A stretch of 64,000 nucleotides of DNA, filler included, from an uncultured Methanosarcinales archaeon (GTDB lineage Archaea > Nanobdellota > Nanobdellia > Woesearchaeales > BS150m-G63): NCBI GenBank assembly GCA_964630685.1. It is 5 parts of 5 records of this genome, joined end to end, with 100 filler letters (N's around TTAATTAATTAA, not from the genome) between each part and the next. Parts side by side here need not be neighbours in the genome. Positions count along the whole stretch, not along the records: positions 1 to 30,235 come from CAZVVW010000001.1; 4 more parts are not named here. One strand, written 5' to 3'. The notes below the pieces were generated by a model. The model was not told where the DNA came from. It was given only the letters and a program-made list of their open reading frames with translations, and did no database searches. A program made the position numbers and the translations under genes. This document shows, in pieces, positions 9,372-20,512 of this stretch (positions are counted from its first letter, which is position 1; the number at the start of each line of letters is the position of its first letter).

Positions 9372-10598
9372 ATGAAAATAATCGCTGATATCCATATCCA
9401 TAGCAGATTTAGTAGAGCTACATCTAAACAATTGAACATTCAAAATCTGGAAAAATATGCTAAAATTAAAGGGGTAGAGCTATTAGGTACTGGAGATTTT
9501 ACACACCCAGAATGGATTAAGGAATTAAAACAAGAACTTAAAGAAGATGGTTCTGGAATACTAAAGACTAAAACAGGTTTTCCTTTTATTCTTCAGACAG
9601 AAATTTCTTTGATTTATACACAAGATGGAAGTGGAAGAAGAGTCCACCTTATTGTTTTAGCATCTAATTTTGAAGTTGTTGAAAAAATAACAGAATACTT
9701 AAAAACTCACGGAAGAGTAGATTATGATGGTAGACCTATATTTAAAATTCCTTGTGATGAATTTGTAAGAGAATTAAAAAAGATATCAGAAGAGATTGAA
9801 GTGATACCTGCGCATATTTGGACGCCTTGGTTTAGCCTTTTTGGAAGTAAATCTGGATTTGATTCTGTTGAAGAATGTTTTAAAGAGCAATCTAAACATA
9901 TTTTTGCATTGGAAACTGGTTTGAGCAGTGACCCTGCAATGAACTGGAGACTCAGTGCTCTTGATAAATATACTTTAGTGAGTAATTCTGACTTACATAG
10001 CTTTTGGCCATGGAGAATTGGTAGGGAAGCTAATATTGTTGAATTAGGAGAATTGACTTATAATGATTTTATAGGAGCATTAAAAAATAAAAAAGTGACT
10101 ACAATTGAGATGGATCCGAGTTATGGAAAATACCATTATGATGGTCATCGTAAGTGTAATGTTTGTATGAGTCCTACTGATTCAATTAAAAACAAAGATA
10201 TTTGTCCAAAATGTAAAAAAATGTTGACTATTGGAGTGCTTCATAGGGTAGAAGAATTAGCAGATAGGCCAGAAGGGTTTAAACCAAAAGATGCTCAAGA
10301 ATTTAAGACATTGATTCCATTATCGGAGATTATTTCTGCTTTGATTGGGAGTCCTGTTGCTTCAACAAAAGTTTGGCCAATATATAATCAATTAATTGAT
10401 GCTTTTGATTCTGAATATAATGTGCTTTTGAATGTAGAAAAAGAGAAACTTGTTGAAATTGTTTCAGAAGAATTGGCAGATGCAATCATAAAAAATAGAA
10501 ATCAAGAAATAGAAGTAAAACCAGGTTATGATGGGATGTATGGAGTTCCTATTTTGGGAAAAAAGAAAGAAAAAACAAAGAGATTTAAAAATCCTTAA
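9372..10598 (+). CDS. Endonuclease Q family PHP-domain protein
   Basis: DIHIHSRFSRATS, GTGDFTHP, PAHIWTPW, ETGLSSD, SNSDLHS, and a GKYHYDGHRKC..CPKC Zn site. Confidence 0.9.
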   Translation: MKIIADIHIHSRFSRATSKQLNIQNLEKYAKIKGVELLGTGDFTHPEWIKELKQELKEDGSGILKTKTGFPFILQTEISLIYTQDGSGRRVHLIVLASNFEVVEKITEYLKTHGRVDYDGRPIFKIPCDEFVRELKKISEEIEVIPAHIWTPWFSLFGSKSGFDSVEECFKEQSKHIFALETGLSSDPAMNWRLSALDKYTLVSNSDLHSFWPWRIGREANIVELGELTYNDFIGALKNKKVTTIEMDPSYGKYHYDGHRKCNVCMSPTDSIKNKDICPKCKKMLTIGVLHRVEELADRPEGFKPKDAQEFKTLIPLSEIISALIGSPVASTKVWPIYNQLIDAFDSEYNVLLNVEKEKLVEIVSEELADAIIKNRNQEIEVKPGYDGMYGVPILGKKKEKTKRFKNP

Positions 10599-10739
10599 GC
10601 CCCCTATTTTAAAAAATAAAATAAAGAAATAAAAAAGATGTTGGGCTAAAGAATAATTAAATAGGTTTAAATAATTTTTCTTAAATGGTAAATAAGGATT
10701 ATTTTATTTATTTATTATTTTATTTATTTATTATTTTAT

Positions 10740-11681
10740 TTAAACATGCGCAAAGAACTTAAATCTCACTATCGCATAAATGATATATGCTAAAATTAAT
10801 GTTATTGCTTCTTTTTTTTCAAGTTTCATTTTTCGTTTAAAGAAAAACATGGCTAATATAGATATAAAAAACCAAAATGGAAGATCATACCAAAGAATCG
10901 CACTATCGATTGTATAACCGGAAATCATTGCACCTATACCTAGTGCGAGCATAGGGTTTGTTATATTGCTACCAATTAGGGTGCCAAGAGACATTTTTGT
11001 GGATCCTTTAAGTATAGCAATTAATGCAGTTGTTAATTCTGGAAGTGCTGTTGCTGCACCAATCATTAATACACCTATCAAAGATTCAGAAACTCCCCAA
11101 ATCATTGATAAAGAGATCGCATTATCTACTACTATCTTTGCTGCAAATAATAATGCAGTTAACCCTACTATAAGATTAAGGAAATAATTTAATTTGTGTT
11201 TTTCAGGATTTCTTTCAATTACTTTTTCTTTTTTGATAAGCCAAATTAAAAACCAAATATATCCTATAACTAATAAAAATCCTTCAAATCTGCCGATTGT
11301 TTGGTTTAATGAAAAGAGAAATAACAAGAGTATTGCTCCGAGCATTATAGGATAATCTAATTTTAGTATTTTTTTATCTGTGTGTACTTTGGTTAATAAT
11401 GCAATGACGCCCAAAATTAATGTTATTTGAATTATGTTAGAACCTATATTTGTACCTACTGCAATTCCACTGCTCTCAACACCATTTAAGATGTTTATAC
11501 TAGCCATAATGTGAGTAAATATTTCTGGAAGAGACGTTCCTATAGATAAAATGGTTAATCCAATAATTGCTTCACTGATATTAAAAGCATATGCAATTTT
11601 TTTTGCTGCTTCTACAGTAATATTCGCACTTAACCATATAAAAATTAACCCCAATATTAGAAGTAATAATTCAAGATACAT
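10740..11681 (-). CDS. Ca2+/Na+ antiporter (YrbG/CaCA family)
   Basis: Alpha repeats GTSLPE..GTNIGSNI and ATALPE..GTLIGSNI. Confidence 0.9.
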   Translation of the reverse strand: MYLELLLLILGLIFIWLSANITVEAAKKIAYAFNISEAIIGLTILSIGTSLPEIFTHIMASINILNGVESSGIAVGTNIGSNIIQITLILGVIALLTKVHTDKKILKLDYPIMLGAILLLFLFSLNQTIGRFEGFLLVIGYIWFLIWLIKKEKVIERNPEKHKLNYFLNLIVGLTALLFAAKIVVDNAISLSMIWGVSESLIGVLMIGAATALPELTTALIAILKGSTKMSLGTLIGSNITNPMLALGIGAMISGYTIDSAILWYDLPFWFFISILAMFFFKRKMKLEKKEAITLILAYIIYAIVRFKFFAHV

Positions 11682-11682
11682 T

Positions 11683-12858
11683 TTATTCCATTATGTGAGG
11701 GCTTTTTTTTAATGTTCTTTCTAGTACAAATGGAAATATAAATGTGGTTATCAGTGCCATTGCGATGATTATTGAGTAAATTTCAATAGGTATCAATCCA
11801 TTTAGTCTTGCTACTTCTGCGATAACTAGTTCAACTGCACCCCTACTATTCATTCCCCACCCAATTAGTGCTGTTTGTTTTAAACTAAGTTTTGAGAATA
11901 ATTTTAATATCATTGAGCCAATTAATTTTCCACAAATAGCCATTATCATGATAAGAATAAAGATATGCCAATTAGATATGATTGAAGCGAGATCCATGTT
12001 AAGCCCAAGATGAATAAAGAAAAATGGAACTATAAAACCAAAACTGATTACTTTCAAATCATTTATTATTTTTCGTTCTTCTCTTTTATCTTTTCTCATT
12101 GATATTTGAAGAATCAGTCCTGCAATAAATGCACCAATGACTAATCCAAGACCAAATACTTGTGCTATTACAGCAATAAATAGTGCGAGAATTATGCTTG
12201 TTGTAAAATCACCTATTTCTGATTTTTCTTTTTGGATAGATGTTACTAATTTTGGAATCAGTTTAAACAACACGATTGCGATTAATATGAAAATAATTAT
12301 CCTTACAGGAAACATAACAATCCCAATTGCTGATTTGGAATGAACTATAACTAGTAGTAAACTTAGGAATATTGCAGCAAGTAAATCATCAATTATTGCT
12401 GCTTCTATAAGTATTTCTCCCATCCTAGTTTTAAGTTTTTTGAGTTCCATTAAAAGACGGATACTTGTTCCTGGTGCTGTGATAGATAATGCTGCACCTA
12501 ATACCACTGCAGCGATAGTGTCATAACCAAGAAGTTTCATGGTTAGATATCCTAAACCAAAGGGGACTACTGCTCCAAAGATTGCTATTAATATTCCTTC
12601 TTTCGAAGCTTTTTTTAGTCGTTTATAATCAATTTCCATACCTACCAGCAGAATTAAAAAGATGATCCCCAATTCAGCAAGAAAAGCGATAGCTGTTGTT
12701 GAACCAGGTAATAAGATTGAACTTTTTATGAAAGGAATGCTTACAATAAGTCCTGCAGCGATTTGACCAAGTACTCTTGGATAATGCATGCTGTGAGCTA
12801 ATTCTGATAGGGCAAAAGAAATAGTTAAACAAACTGCAATAGTCAGTAGCACCTCCAT
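11683..12858 (-). CDS. Cation:proton antiporter (CPA2/NapA-like)
   Basis: Many TM helices, with AAIIDD, GAFIAG and GMNSRG motifs. Confidence 0.9.
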   Translation of the reverse strand: MEVLLTIAVCLTISFALSELAHSMHYPRVLGQIAAGLIVSIPFIKSSILLPGSTTAIAFLAELGIIFLILLVGMEIDYKRLKKASKEGILIAIFGAVVPFGLGYLTMKLLGYDTIAAVVLGAALSITAPGTSIRLLMELKKLKTRMGEILIEAAIIDDLLAAIFLSLLLVIVHSKSAIGIVMFPVRIIIFILIAIVLFKLIPKLVTSIQKEKSEIGDFTTSIILALFIAVIAQVFGLGLVIGAFIAGLILQISMRKDKREERKIINDLKVISFGFIVPFFFIHLGLNMDLASIISNWHIFILIMIMAICGKLIGSMILKLFSKLSLKQTALIGWGMNSRGAVELVIAEVARLNGLIPIEIYSIIIAMALITTFIFPFVLERTLKKSPHIME

Positions 12859-12917
12859 TTTGAATAAAGATTAGTTTAGTAGTTTATATATTTTATGATA
12901 AAGAAAGAAAATGAGGT

Positions 12918-14567
12918 TTAAATTGAGAAACTTATGTATTCTACTTGTGGTGCTTGTGCAGGTGGTTGAATAGGTTCGGTTGTAGGTGTTGTTTCTTGTG
13001 TGGAGGGTGTTGAAGTTGTTTCTTGGTTTTGGGTTGTGGATGTTTGTGTCTGGGGTTTTAGCACTTTAAAATTCCAAACTTTTTCAACAATATTTTCTCC
13101 ATCATTTGCTTGAAATACAACCTTTTTATTTCCTGTTCTTTGAAATACTCTTTTGTGGATTGTTGAACCAGCATATGCATTAAACATTCCAAAGTCCCAA
13201 GTGTAAGTTAAATTATCATTATCTGCATCAATTGTATCAACTTCAAATACAACTGCCCCACCAACATAAACTTCAAATTCATTTGTTGAAGGTGTGCTGT
13301 TAGTTATTTCTGGAGCTCTGTTAATATTTTTTACTTTTATTGTAGTTTGTTTTGTATCACTATTTTTTCCATCAAAAGTTGTAATATTGAGATTAAATTC
13401 TTTTTCTTTTTCTTCTGTACTTACAGCATCAAAATTAGGGGTCCAAGAAAATGTTTTTCCATCAAAGATTGCTCCTTCTGGTAAAGGTGTTGCATGAAAA
13501 CTTAATTCATCTACATCTTCATCAAAACCAGAAATCTCAAAAGAAACTTCTTCTCCTTCATCAATCTTATATGATTTTATTTTACCTAATACTGGTGCTC
13601 TATTTGTGTTTTCAATTATCACAGTTGCTGTTGTTGAATCTGATAAAAAACCATCAGATGCAGTAACTGTTACTAGATGTATCCCAGCATCATTATATGT
13701 TGTTTCATAATTATTCTGAGAAACCCATCCAGAAAAATAATAACTTATTGAATCACTATCAGGGTCAGAAGAGTTTGGAGTAAAATATAATTTTTCTCCT
13801 TCTTTTATGGTGGTGTTTTCAATAGATTGTATTTTTGGTGGTCTGTTGAAATCTATTACATTTATTGGGATTATTTCATTTGTATCGAGATCTTTTCCTT
13901 TTGCATTTATTGTTGCTGTAAATTCTTTATTGTCTTTTAGAATATCTAAATGAAGTTTTGCTAATATTTTTCTTAACCAGCTTTTACTAAGAGTATCATA
14001 TCCTGGTTGCCAGTAAAGGGTGTTATTCACAAATAGTGCATTTTCAGGTAATTCAATTGCTGTTAAAGTTACATTATCTTTATCTAAATCAAATGCTTCG
14101 ATTGGTAAAATCAATTCTTGGTTTTCGTTTAAAGTTTGTTTCCCTACTGCCACAATAATGGGGGGTCTGTCTTTTTCAAGAACAATAATATTTATTTGAC
14201 TGTGATCAGAATATTCTCCATCTGTTACTGTGACATCGATAGTGTATTCTCCTGCATCTTCATAACCGGGAGTCCAAGTGCCATTTTCATCAAATGGTGC
14301 TGAAAAGAAATATTTGAGGGTATCTTCTTTATCAGGATCACTTGCACTTACATTGATAGTAATCAATTCTGTTTCGTCTGCTGTTATTGTGTTAATTGGT
14401 TCTGTATTAATTGGTTCTGTATTAATTGGTTCTGTATTAATTGGTTCTGTATTAATTGGTTCTGTATCTATAGGGGTTGTTTGATTGTCTGAAAGATTAT
14501 CAGCTTTGATAGAACTGACTATTAGAATTAATATTAAACTCGTGAATAATAGTTTTTCTAACTTCAT
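12918..14567 (-). CDS. Secreted Ig-like/cadherin-like repeat + PKD surface protein
   Basis: Signal peptide, repeated NRAP/DPDxD/SDG modules, LTYTWDFG PKD motif and a Thr/Pro-rich tail. Confidence 0.8.
   Translation of the reverse strand: MKLEKLLFTSLILILIVSSIKADNLSDNQTTPIDTEPINTEPINTEPINTEPINTEPINTITADETELITINVSASDPDKEDTLKYFFSAPFDENGTWTPGYEDAGEYTIDVTVTDGEYSDHSQINIIVLEKDRPPIIVAVGKQTLNENQELILPIEAFDLDKDNVTLTAIELPENALFVNNTLYWQPGYDTLSKSWLRKILAKLHLDILKDNKEFTATINAKGKDLDTNEIIPINVIDFNRPPKIQSIENTTIKEGEKLYFTPNSSDPDSDSISYYFSGWVSQNNYETTYNDAGIHLVTVTASDGFLSDSTTATVIIENTNRAPVLGKIKSYKIDEGEEVSFEISGFDEDVDELSFHATPLPEGAIFDGKTFSWTPNFDAVSTEEKEKEFNLNITTFDGKNSDTKQTTIKVKNINRAPEITNSTPSTNEFEVYVGGAVVFEVDTIDADNDNLTYTWDFGMFNAYAGSTIHKRVFQRTGNKKVVFQANDGENIVEKVWNFKVLKPQTQTSTTQNQETTSTPSTQETTPTTEPIQPPAQAPQVEYISFSI
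14392..14466. repeat. 15-bp coding tandem repeat x5 (TEPIN)
   Basis: ttaattggttctgta in five exact copies. Confidence 0.95.
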
Positions 14568-14669
14568 TTTCTATTTACCCACCCCCCTTACAAATAAATA
14601 ATAAAAAATAAAAACAAGAAGACTAATAAGATTATTAGTCTTTTAAATCACTTAAATGTAATTTTATGT

Positions 14670-16019
14670 TTATGAAACACCTAAAATTACAGGCGGTCTG
14701 TTTACGTTATTAACTGTGATAGTTAAATCCATTGTGTCTATTCCGCCATATTGGTCCATTGCAGTTATTGTTACTGTGTGTTCTCCTGCATCATCATATG
14801 TTGTTTTATATGTGTTTGAGTTCATCCATCCTGAAAAGGTGAATGCCACATCATCATCATTTGCGTCAGTTGCTGTTGGACTCAATGTTATGGTGTCTGT
14901 TTCATCAACTACAAGGTCATCCATTGCTCCTAATACTGGATCTTCGTTGATACTGTTGATGGTTAATGTTAGTTTTTCTGAAGTGCTTAAATCACCATCA
15001 GATGCAGTAACATATATAATGTATTCACCAACATCTCCTCTCTTGCTCTCTAATTTTCCTTGATCGTTTAATGGAGCTGTGAAAGAGAAGGTTATTTCAT
15101 CTCCGTCAAGATCTGTTGCAGATGCTTCGATTTCAACGAGTTCTTCTTCATCGATAACGATATCTTCAACTTCTCCCAATGATGGAGCTCTGTTGGTATT
15201 GGTTACTGTGATTCCAACATTTTGAACAATTTCTGAGAATCCATCAGATGCAGTGATTGTGGTTGAGAATATTTTTAAGCAATTAAATACTCCTTTTTCA
15301 CACACAACATCATTATAGCTTACCTCATATTCTTCTGAATTCATTAATCCTGAAAAGGAAAATACTACAGTATCATCATTTCCATCAGTTGCTTTTGGTT
15401 CAAGAACTATTTTATCGCCTTCTTTTACCGCAATGTTTTCTATTTTTTCCATTACAGGTTCTTTATTGATTGATTCTACTACAACCAATACTTTAGCCAT
15501 TGTTTCTAAATCACCGTCAGATACAGTAATGTTTACAATATAATCTCCAACATCTCCCCTTTTAGTTTGCCATTCTCCATCTTTACTTAATGGAGCACTG
15601 AAAGTATACATCAGTTGATTTCCATCTGGATCTTGTGCATTCACATTAAGACTTACAATTTCTTTTTCTTTTACAGTTATTTTTTTGAATACTCCTGCTG
15701 GAAGTGATTGTACAATATCTTCGACTTTTATTTGAGTTAATTCTTCATTTTCTTCTTCATTTTCATCAGTCATTATTGTTGTATCTATTGTTGTATCTTC
15801 CCCTAAGACAATAGTTTCATTTTCTAAACTAACTATTTCTTCTTCAATTTGGATTATAGCGTCTAACTCTTGTTTTTCTACAGGTATATTTTCTACCTGA
15901 GAAACTAATTCTTCTGGCATTGTGATTAATCCAGAAGGTTCATAAGGTTGTTTTACGCAACCATTTAGCATTAAAGCTAATAGAATAATTAAAACACCTA
16001 TCAATCTTTTTTTATTCAT
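14670..16019 (-). CDS. Lipoprotein with Ig-like/cadherin-like repeats
   Basis: MNKKR start with lipobox LNGC, and four DPDG/SDG/NRAP modules. G-rich RBS supports ATG 16019. Confidence 0.8.
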   Translation of the reverse strand: MNKKRLIGVLIILLALMLNGCVKQPYEPSGLITMPEELVSQVENIPVEKQELDAIIQIEEEIVSLENETIVLGEDTTIDTTIMTDENEEENEELTQIKVEDIVQSLPAGVFKKITVKEKEIVSLNVNAQDPDGNQLMYTFSAPLSKDGEWQTKRGDVGDYIVNITVSDGDLETMAKVLVVVESINKEPVMEKIENIAVKEGDKIVLEPKATDGNDDTVVFSFSGLMNSEEYEVSYNDVVCEKGVFNCLKIFSTTITASDGFSEIVQNVGITVTNTNRAPSLGEVEDIVIDEEELVEIEASATDLDGDEITFSFTAPLNDQGKLESKRGDVGEYIIYVTASDGDLSTSEKLTLTINSINEDPVLGAMDDLVVDETDTITLSPTATDANDDDVAFTFSGWMNSNTYKTTYDDAGEHTVTITAMDQYGGIDTMDLTITVNNVNRPPVILGVS

Positions 16020-16116
16020 TCTTATAATACCCCCATTGTATAGTAAATAAAGTATGTTGCTATTTAATAATAGCAACCTCTATAAAAACTTTTCTATAAC
16101 TGATTATATAAATTTA

Positions 16117-16725
16117 TTATTTTGACTTTTTTAATGAGAATCCAATTAATACTAATACGAATCCAGCTAGAAGGATTTTGCTGAAGATATTTAAACTTAT
16201 CTGCTGAAAAAAGGCGATTGGAAAGAGTTGTATTAAAACACTGCTTTTTGGAAACAACCAAGTTCCTTGTTGAAACAATAAAGAATGGAATAAATTAAAT
16301 GCAAAATCAAAATTAAGTGCTAAAAAAGATAGTGTTGTTATTGTTATTAGGGTAATTATACTCCCTATTCTGAGATAGTCAGACAGAAATTTTTTAAAAT
16401 TCTTATTGCTTAACTTTGTTGAGGTGTATAAGAGCAAGATAATGCTGAGAGAGGTATAAAAAAGAAGGAAAGAATTCATGTTTTGGATTACTTTTTTTAC
16501 ATCAGCCATATGAGTTATTTCTCTTTGGTTGAACTCTTGTGGTGATAAAAACTCTTGATCATTTTGAAAATAGTTTAAAATATTGTTAATGGTTTTTTCC
16601 TTGTTTTCAATCTCTCCTGTTTTAGTGTAGGTTGAATTATTAAAGATTACAGAATTAGCGCTTGCTATGATTACTATTATTGGAAGACTTATTACTAATA
16701 TTGTTAGGACTATTTTGTGATTCAT
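16117..16725 (-). CDS. Integral membrane protein (DUF1461/TIGR01906-like)
   Basis: EITHMADVK and FHSLLFQQGTWLFP..LIQLFP motifs, four TM segments. Confidence 0.8.
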   Translation of the reverse strand: MNHKIVLTILVISLPIIVIIASANSVIFNNSTYTKTGEIENKEKTINNILNYFQNDQEFLSPQEFNQREITHMADVKKVIQNMNSFLLFYTSLSIILLLYTSTKLSNKNFKKFLSDYLRIGSIITLITITTLSFLALNFDFAFNLFHSLLFQQGTWLFPKSSVLIQLFPIAFFQQISLNIFSKILLAGFVLVLIGFSLKKSK

Positions 16726-16773
16726 AAGATATGTGTGGAAATGCTTATATATTAGTTTTTCTTAATAATAATT

Positions 16774-17610
16774 ATGTATATTAAAAAAGATATATTCAAA
16801 AAAGTCGTTAAAATAAGAAAAAAAGACGCACGTAAGGGAGATTCTGGAAAAATTTTAGTGATTGCAGGTAGTAAAGATTACGTGGGTGCTGCTGAATTGG
16901 TTGGTAGTGCTGCTTTAGTTGTACTTAGAACAGGGGCTGATTTAGTGACTGTTGCTGCACCAGAGAAAGTTGCATGGGCAGTTAATAGTCTTAATTCAGA
17001 TTTAATCACTAAAAAAATTAAAGGAGATTATTTTAGCTCTGAACATGTGAAAGAAATCATGGAGCTTTCAAAAGATTTTGATGTTGTTGTTGTGGGTCCT
17101 GGATTGGGAAGAGAAAAAGAAACCTTCTCATTTGTTAAATCAGTTGTAGAAAAGATAAAAAAACCAAAAGTGATAGATGCTGACGCTATTAAGGCGATAG
17201 ATCTTAACAAGGTTGTTAATGCAATAATTACACCACATAGGACTGAATTTAGTAGATTGTTAAAGAATAGTAAAATTAGAATAGAAAGGGACGAAGAGAT
17301 GACAAATTATGTTAAAAATAATGTTCTTTTAATAAAAGGAAGAATGGATGTAGTTATTTCTAAAAAAGATATTGCTTATAATAAATTAGGTAATCCAGGG
17401 ATGACTGTAGGTGGAACAGGAGATGTTTTGGCTGGGTTATGTGCTGGTTTTTTAGCCCAAGATAATAGTTTGTTTGATTCTGCCTGTGCTGCTGCATATC
17501 TCAATGGGGCTGTTGGTGAAAAATTATTGAAAAAATTAGGTTATGGTTTTGTTGCTAGTGATTTTATTGTAGAAATTTCGTCTGTGTTGAAAAAATTAAA
17601 GAAAGTTTAA
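16774..17610 (+). CDS. nnrD: ADP-dependent NAD(P)H-hydrate dehydratase
   Basis: KGDSGKILVIAGS, GPGLG, IDADA, TPH and GGTGDVLAG motifs. Confidence 0.92.
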   Translation: MYIKKDIFKKVVKIRKKDARKGDSGKILVIAGSKDYVGAAELVGSAALVVLRTGADLVTVAAPEKVAWAVNSLNSDLITKKIKGDYFSSEHVKEIMELSKDFDVVVVGPGLGREKETFSFVKSVVEKIKKPKVIDADAIKAIDLNKVVNAIITPHRTEFSRLLKNSKIRIERDEEMTNYVKNNVLLIKGRMDVVISKKDIAYNKLGNPGMTVGGTGDVLAGLCAGFLAQDNSLFDSACAAAYLNGAVGEKLLKKLGYGFVASDFIVEISSVLKKLKKV

Positions 17611-17660
17611 GTAGTTTTCCCAAAAAATTTATATACCTCTCAATTTTATTCTTTACCAAT

Positions 17661-18740
17661 ATGAAAAAGGGGTTAAAAAAGTCTCAAATACAGTCACAAA
17701 TATTTGTCTACCTTCTTGTTGCAGTAATTATTGGATTTATGTTACTTTTTGCATTTAAAGCGATAAGTGGTTTTGGTAAGAAAAATATCGAACATCAAAT
17801 AATTTTGTTTCAAGAAAACATCAAAAAAGACATAGAAGCACAAGGGATTCATGTTGGTTCTGTTGTTGAAGAATCTTATGTTGTACCTAGTTTTGTTACG
17901 CGTGCTTGTTTTTTAGATATTTCTAAAAGAGAAGAAATATTGGGTCAGGGAGATTTTGAAGATTATCCGCTAGTAGTGGATAGTTTAGAAACTACTGACA
18001 ACAATATGTTTTTATTTGATAAAGATGATAATTTTTATAATTCTTTTAATGTTGGGAGTATAAATCTTTTAGGGGATTATAATTGTCAACCACACGTTTG
18101 TTTTGATGTGCAAAATAAAGTGTTGAATATGCTTATGATGGGGAGAGGACATGCTACGCTTTTGTTGCCTAGCACTGTAAATAAACAGTATTTAGTTACT
18201 TGTGATTGTCCAAAAGGATGTAGGATAAGACCTATTGCTCAATTGTTGGCAGAAGAAGGAATGCAGTATCTGCCTGTTTTTTTTAATGCTTCTGGTTCAC
18301 ATGATATTGATGATGAGATATCCCAGTATTTCTGGAATTTTGGAGATGGAAACAATAAAACTACTGAGTTACCTACAACTGAACATATTTATAGTGGTGT
18401 TGATGAATATGGGGTTGAATTGGTTGTTACAGATGTTGATGGGTTAGAAGGAAAAACAACACTCAATGTAGGGATAATGCCTTATCAATTAATTGCTAAT
18501 GCTGGGGGAGACAGAACAGTCATGGTTGGGGATGACATTGCTTTTGATGGATCTAATTCAATAGGAAGGATAGTGAGTTGGCATTGGGAATTTGGAGATA
18601 TAAGGGATAAAGAAGACGAAGACGAAATAGTTCATTTTACTTATATTCAACATGGCTCAAAAGTTGCAACCCTTACTGTTATAGATGTTTTTGATAATAT
18701 TGCTGTAGATACAATTAATGTAGAGGTTACACCAAGATAA
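17661..18740 (+). CDS. Class III signal-peptide (prepilin-like) protein with two PKD domains
   Basis: KKSQ followed by a hydrophobic helix. FNASGSHD..YFWNFGDG and FDGSNS..WHWEFGD PKD motifs. Confidence 0.75.
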   Translation: MKKGLKKSQIQSQIFVYLLVAVIIGFMLLFAFKAISGFGKKNIEHQIILFQENIKKDIEAQGIHVGSVVEESYVVPSFVTRACFLDISKREEILGQGDFEDYPLVVDSLETTDNNMFLFDKDDNFYNSFNVGSINLLGDYNCQPHVCFDVQNKVLNMLMMGRGHATLLLPSTVNKQYLVTCDCPKGCRIRPIAQLLAEEGMQYLPVFFNASGSHDIDDEISQYFWNFGDGNNKTTELPTTEHIYSGVDEYGVELVVTDVDGLEGKTTLNVGIMPYQLIANAGGDRTVMVGDDIAFDGSNSIGRIVSWHWEFGDIRDKEDEDEIVHFTYIQHGSKVATLTVIDVFDNIAVDTINVEVTPR

Positions 18741-20512
18741 TGGAACACATATTTTTAGATATTGCAATTATATTTATTGTAGCTGCCATTTTTGGGTTTA
18801 TTGCTAAAAAATTAAATCAGCCAAAGATTCCATTTTATATTTTTGCAGGGTTTGTTGTAGGTCCTTTTGGGTTGATGCTTGCTGAAAAAGTAGGATTGGT
18901 TTCTCTTTTTTTATCATGGTTCGTAGTTGATATTAGTGGATTATTTGTCAATGATCCAAGCACTATCAAGATTCTTGCAGAAATAGGAATTGCTTTCCTG
19001 TTGTTTGTGGTGGGTCTGGAATTAAATTTATCAAAATTAAAAGATATTGGGATTATTGCAACATTAGGTGGAAGTTTACAAGTGTTGATTCTTTTTACTA
19101 TTGGTTCTATTCTCGCTTTAGGGATGGGATTTTTACATATTGAATCAATTTATATTGGATTGATATTAGCTTTTAGTAGTACTGTTGTGGTTGTTAAGTT
19201 GCTTGCAGATAATAAGGAATTAAATACACTTCATGGAAGGATAGTGATGGGTACCTTATTAATGCAAGACGTTATAGCTGTGATTGTGTTATCTATGTTA
19301 GCTACATTTAATTCTTTTTCTGCAATGGTTCTTTTATTTGCGTTGTTCAAGGCTATTGCTGTTTTGGTTGTTGCTTGGTTTTTGAGCAAATTTATTTTTC
19401 CCAAAATATTTACTTTTGCAGCCAAATCCAATGAAGTGTTGTTTTTGGTTTCGTTAGCTACATGTTTTTTCTTTTCTCTATTGTTGACATCACTTGGATT
19501 TTCAATAGCGATTGGGGCATTTATTGCAGGAATCACTTTAGCTAACTTACCTTATAATATTGCGATTGTTGGAAGAGTAAAATCTATCAGAGATTTTTTT
19601 GCTACCCTATTTTTTGTTTCATTAGGAATGGAATTTTTTCTTGAACCTGGAGTAGGAATACTTAAGCCTTTGTTGATTTTCTTTTTGTTTATTATTATAG
19701 TTAAACCTCTTATAACTATGTTGCTTTGCAGTCTTTTTGGATATATGAAAAGCACATCTTTCTTTGCTTCACTCTCCCTTGCTCAAATAAGTGAATTTTC
19801 ATTAATAATTTTATCTCAAGGATTATTGTTAGGACATATTTCTCAAGATATATTCTCTATAGGGGTTATGCTTGGAGTGATAACAATGACTTCTGCTTCT
19901 TATTTTATAAATTATGATAATCAAATCTATAAAGGGATGTCTAAGGTGCTGAAAGTTTTTGATTTCATAAAACCAGATAAGCAAAAATTAGAATATTTGC
20001 CAGAAGAAATGAAATATGATGTTGTTCTTGTAGGTGTTAATAGAATTGGATATAGTATTATAAAATCATTAAATAAAATCAAAGAAAATGTGCTTGTTAT
20101 TGATTATAATCCAGAAATCATCAAGGATTTTATGAGAAAGAAACAGCCATGTTTTTATGGAGATATTGGGGATTTAGAAACTATAAGTAGATTAAATTTT
20201 AAAGATGTGGATATAGTTGTTTCTACTGTACCTACACAGTCTTACAATGTTATGTTAATTAAAAAAATCAAAGAACAAAACAAAGATGCATTAATTTTTG
20301 TTACCACAGAAGAAATAGACAATGCATTAGAATTATATGATCATGGTGCTGATTATGTTATTCTTCCTCATTTTTTAGGGGGAGAATATGTTTCTGTATT
20401 GCTTGAAGAAAGTCATAAAAATATGAATAAATTGATAGTTGCAAAATTAAAACATATTGAAGAATTGAAGAAGAGGAAAAAGATAGGACATGAACACCCA
20501 AAACACCACTAA
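18740..20512 (+). CDS. Kef-type K+/H+ antiporter with C-terminal TrkA-N domain
   Basis: CPA2 motifs (FSSTVVVVK, LMQD, QISEFS) and an RCK domain (GVNRIG, FYGD, GADYVILP). Confidence 0.9.
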   Translation: MEHIFLDIAIIFIVAAIFGFIAKKLNQPKIPFYIFAGFVVGPFGLMLAEKVGLVSLFLSWFVVDISGLFVNDPSTIKILAEIGIAFLLFVVGLELNLSKLKDIGIIATLGGSLQVLILFTIGSILALGMGFLHIESIYIGLILAFSSTVVVVKLLADNKELNTLHGRIVMGTLLMQDVIAVIVLSMLATFNSFSAMVLLFALFKAIAVLVVAWFLSKFIFPKIFTFAAKSNEVLFLVSLATCFFFSLLLTSLGFSIAIGAFIAGITLANLPYNIAIVGRVKSIRDFFATLFFVSLGMEFFLEPGVGILKPLLIFFLFIIIVKPLITMLLCSLFGYMKSTSFFASLSLAQISEFSLIILSQGLLLGHISQDIFSIGVMLGVITMTSASYFINYDNQIYKGMSKVLKVFDFIKPDKQKLEYLPEEMKYDVVLVGVNRIGYSIIKSLNKIKENVLVIDYNPEIIKDFMRKKQPCFYGDIGDLETISRLNFKDVDIVVSTVPTQSYNVMLIKKIKEQNKDALIFVTTEEIDNALELYDHGADYVILPHFLGGEYVSVLLEESHKNMNKLIVAKLKHIEELKKRKKIGHEHPKHH

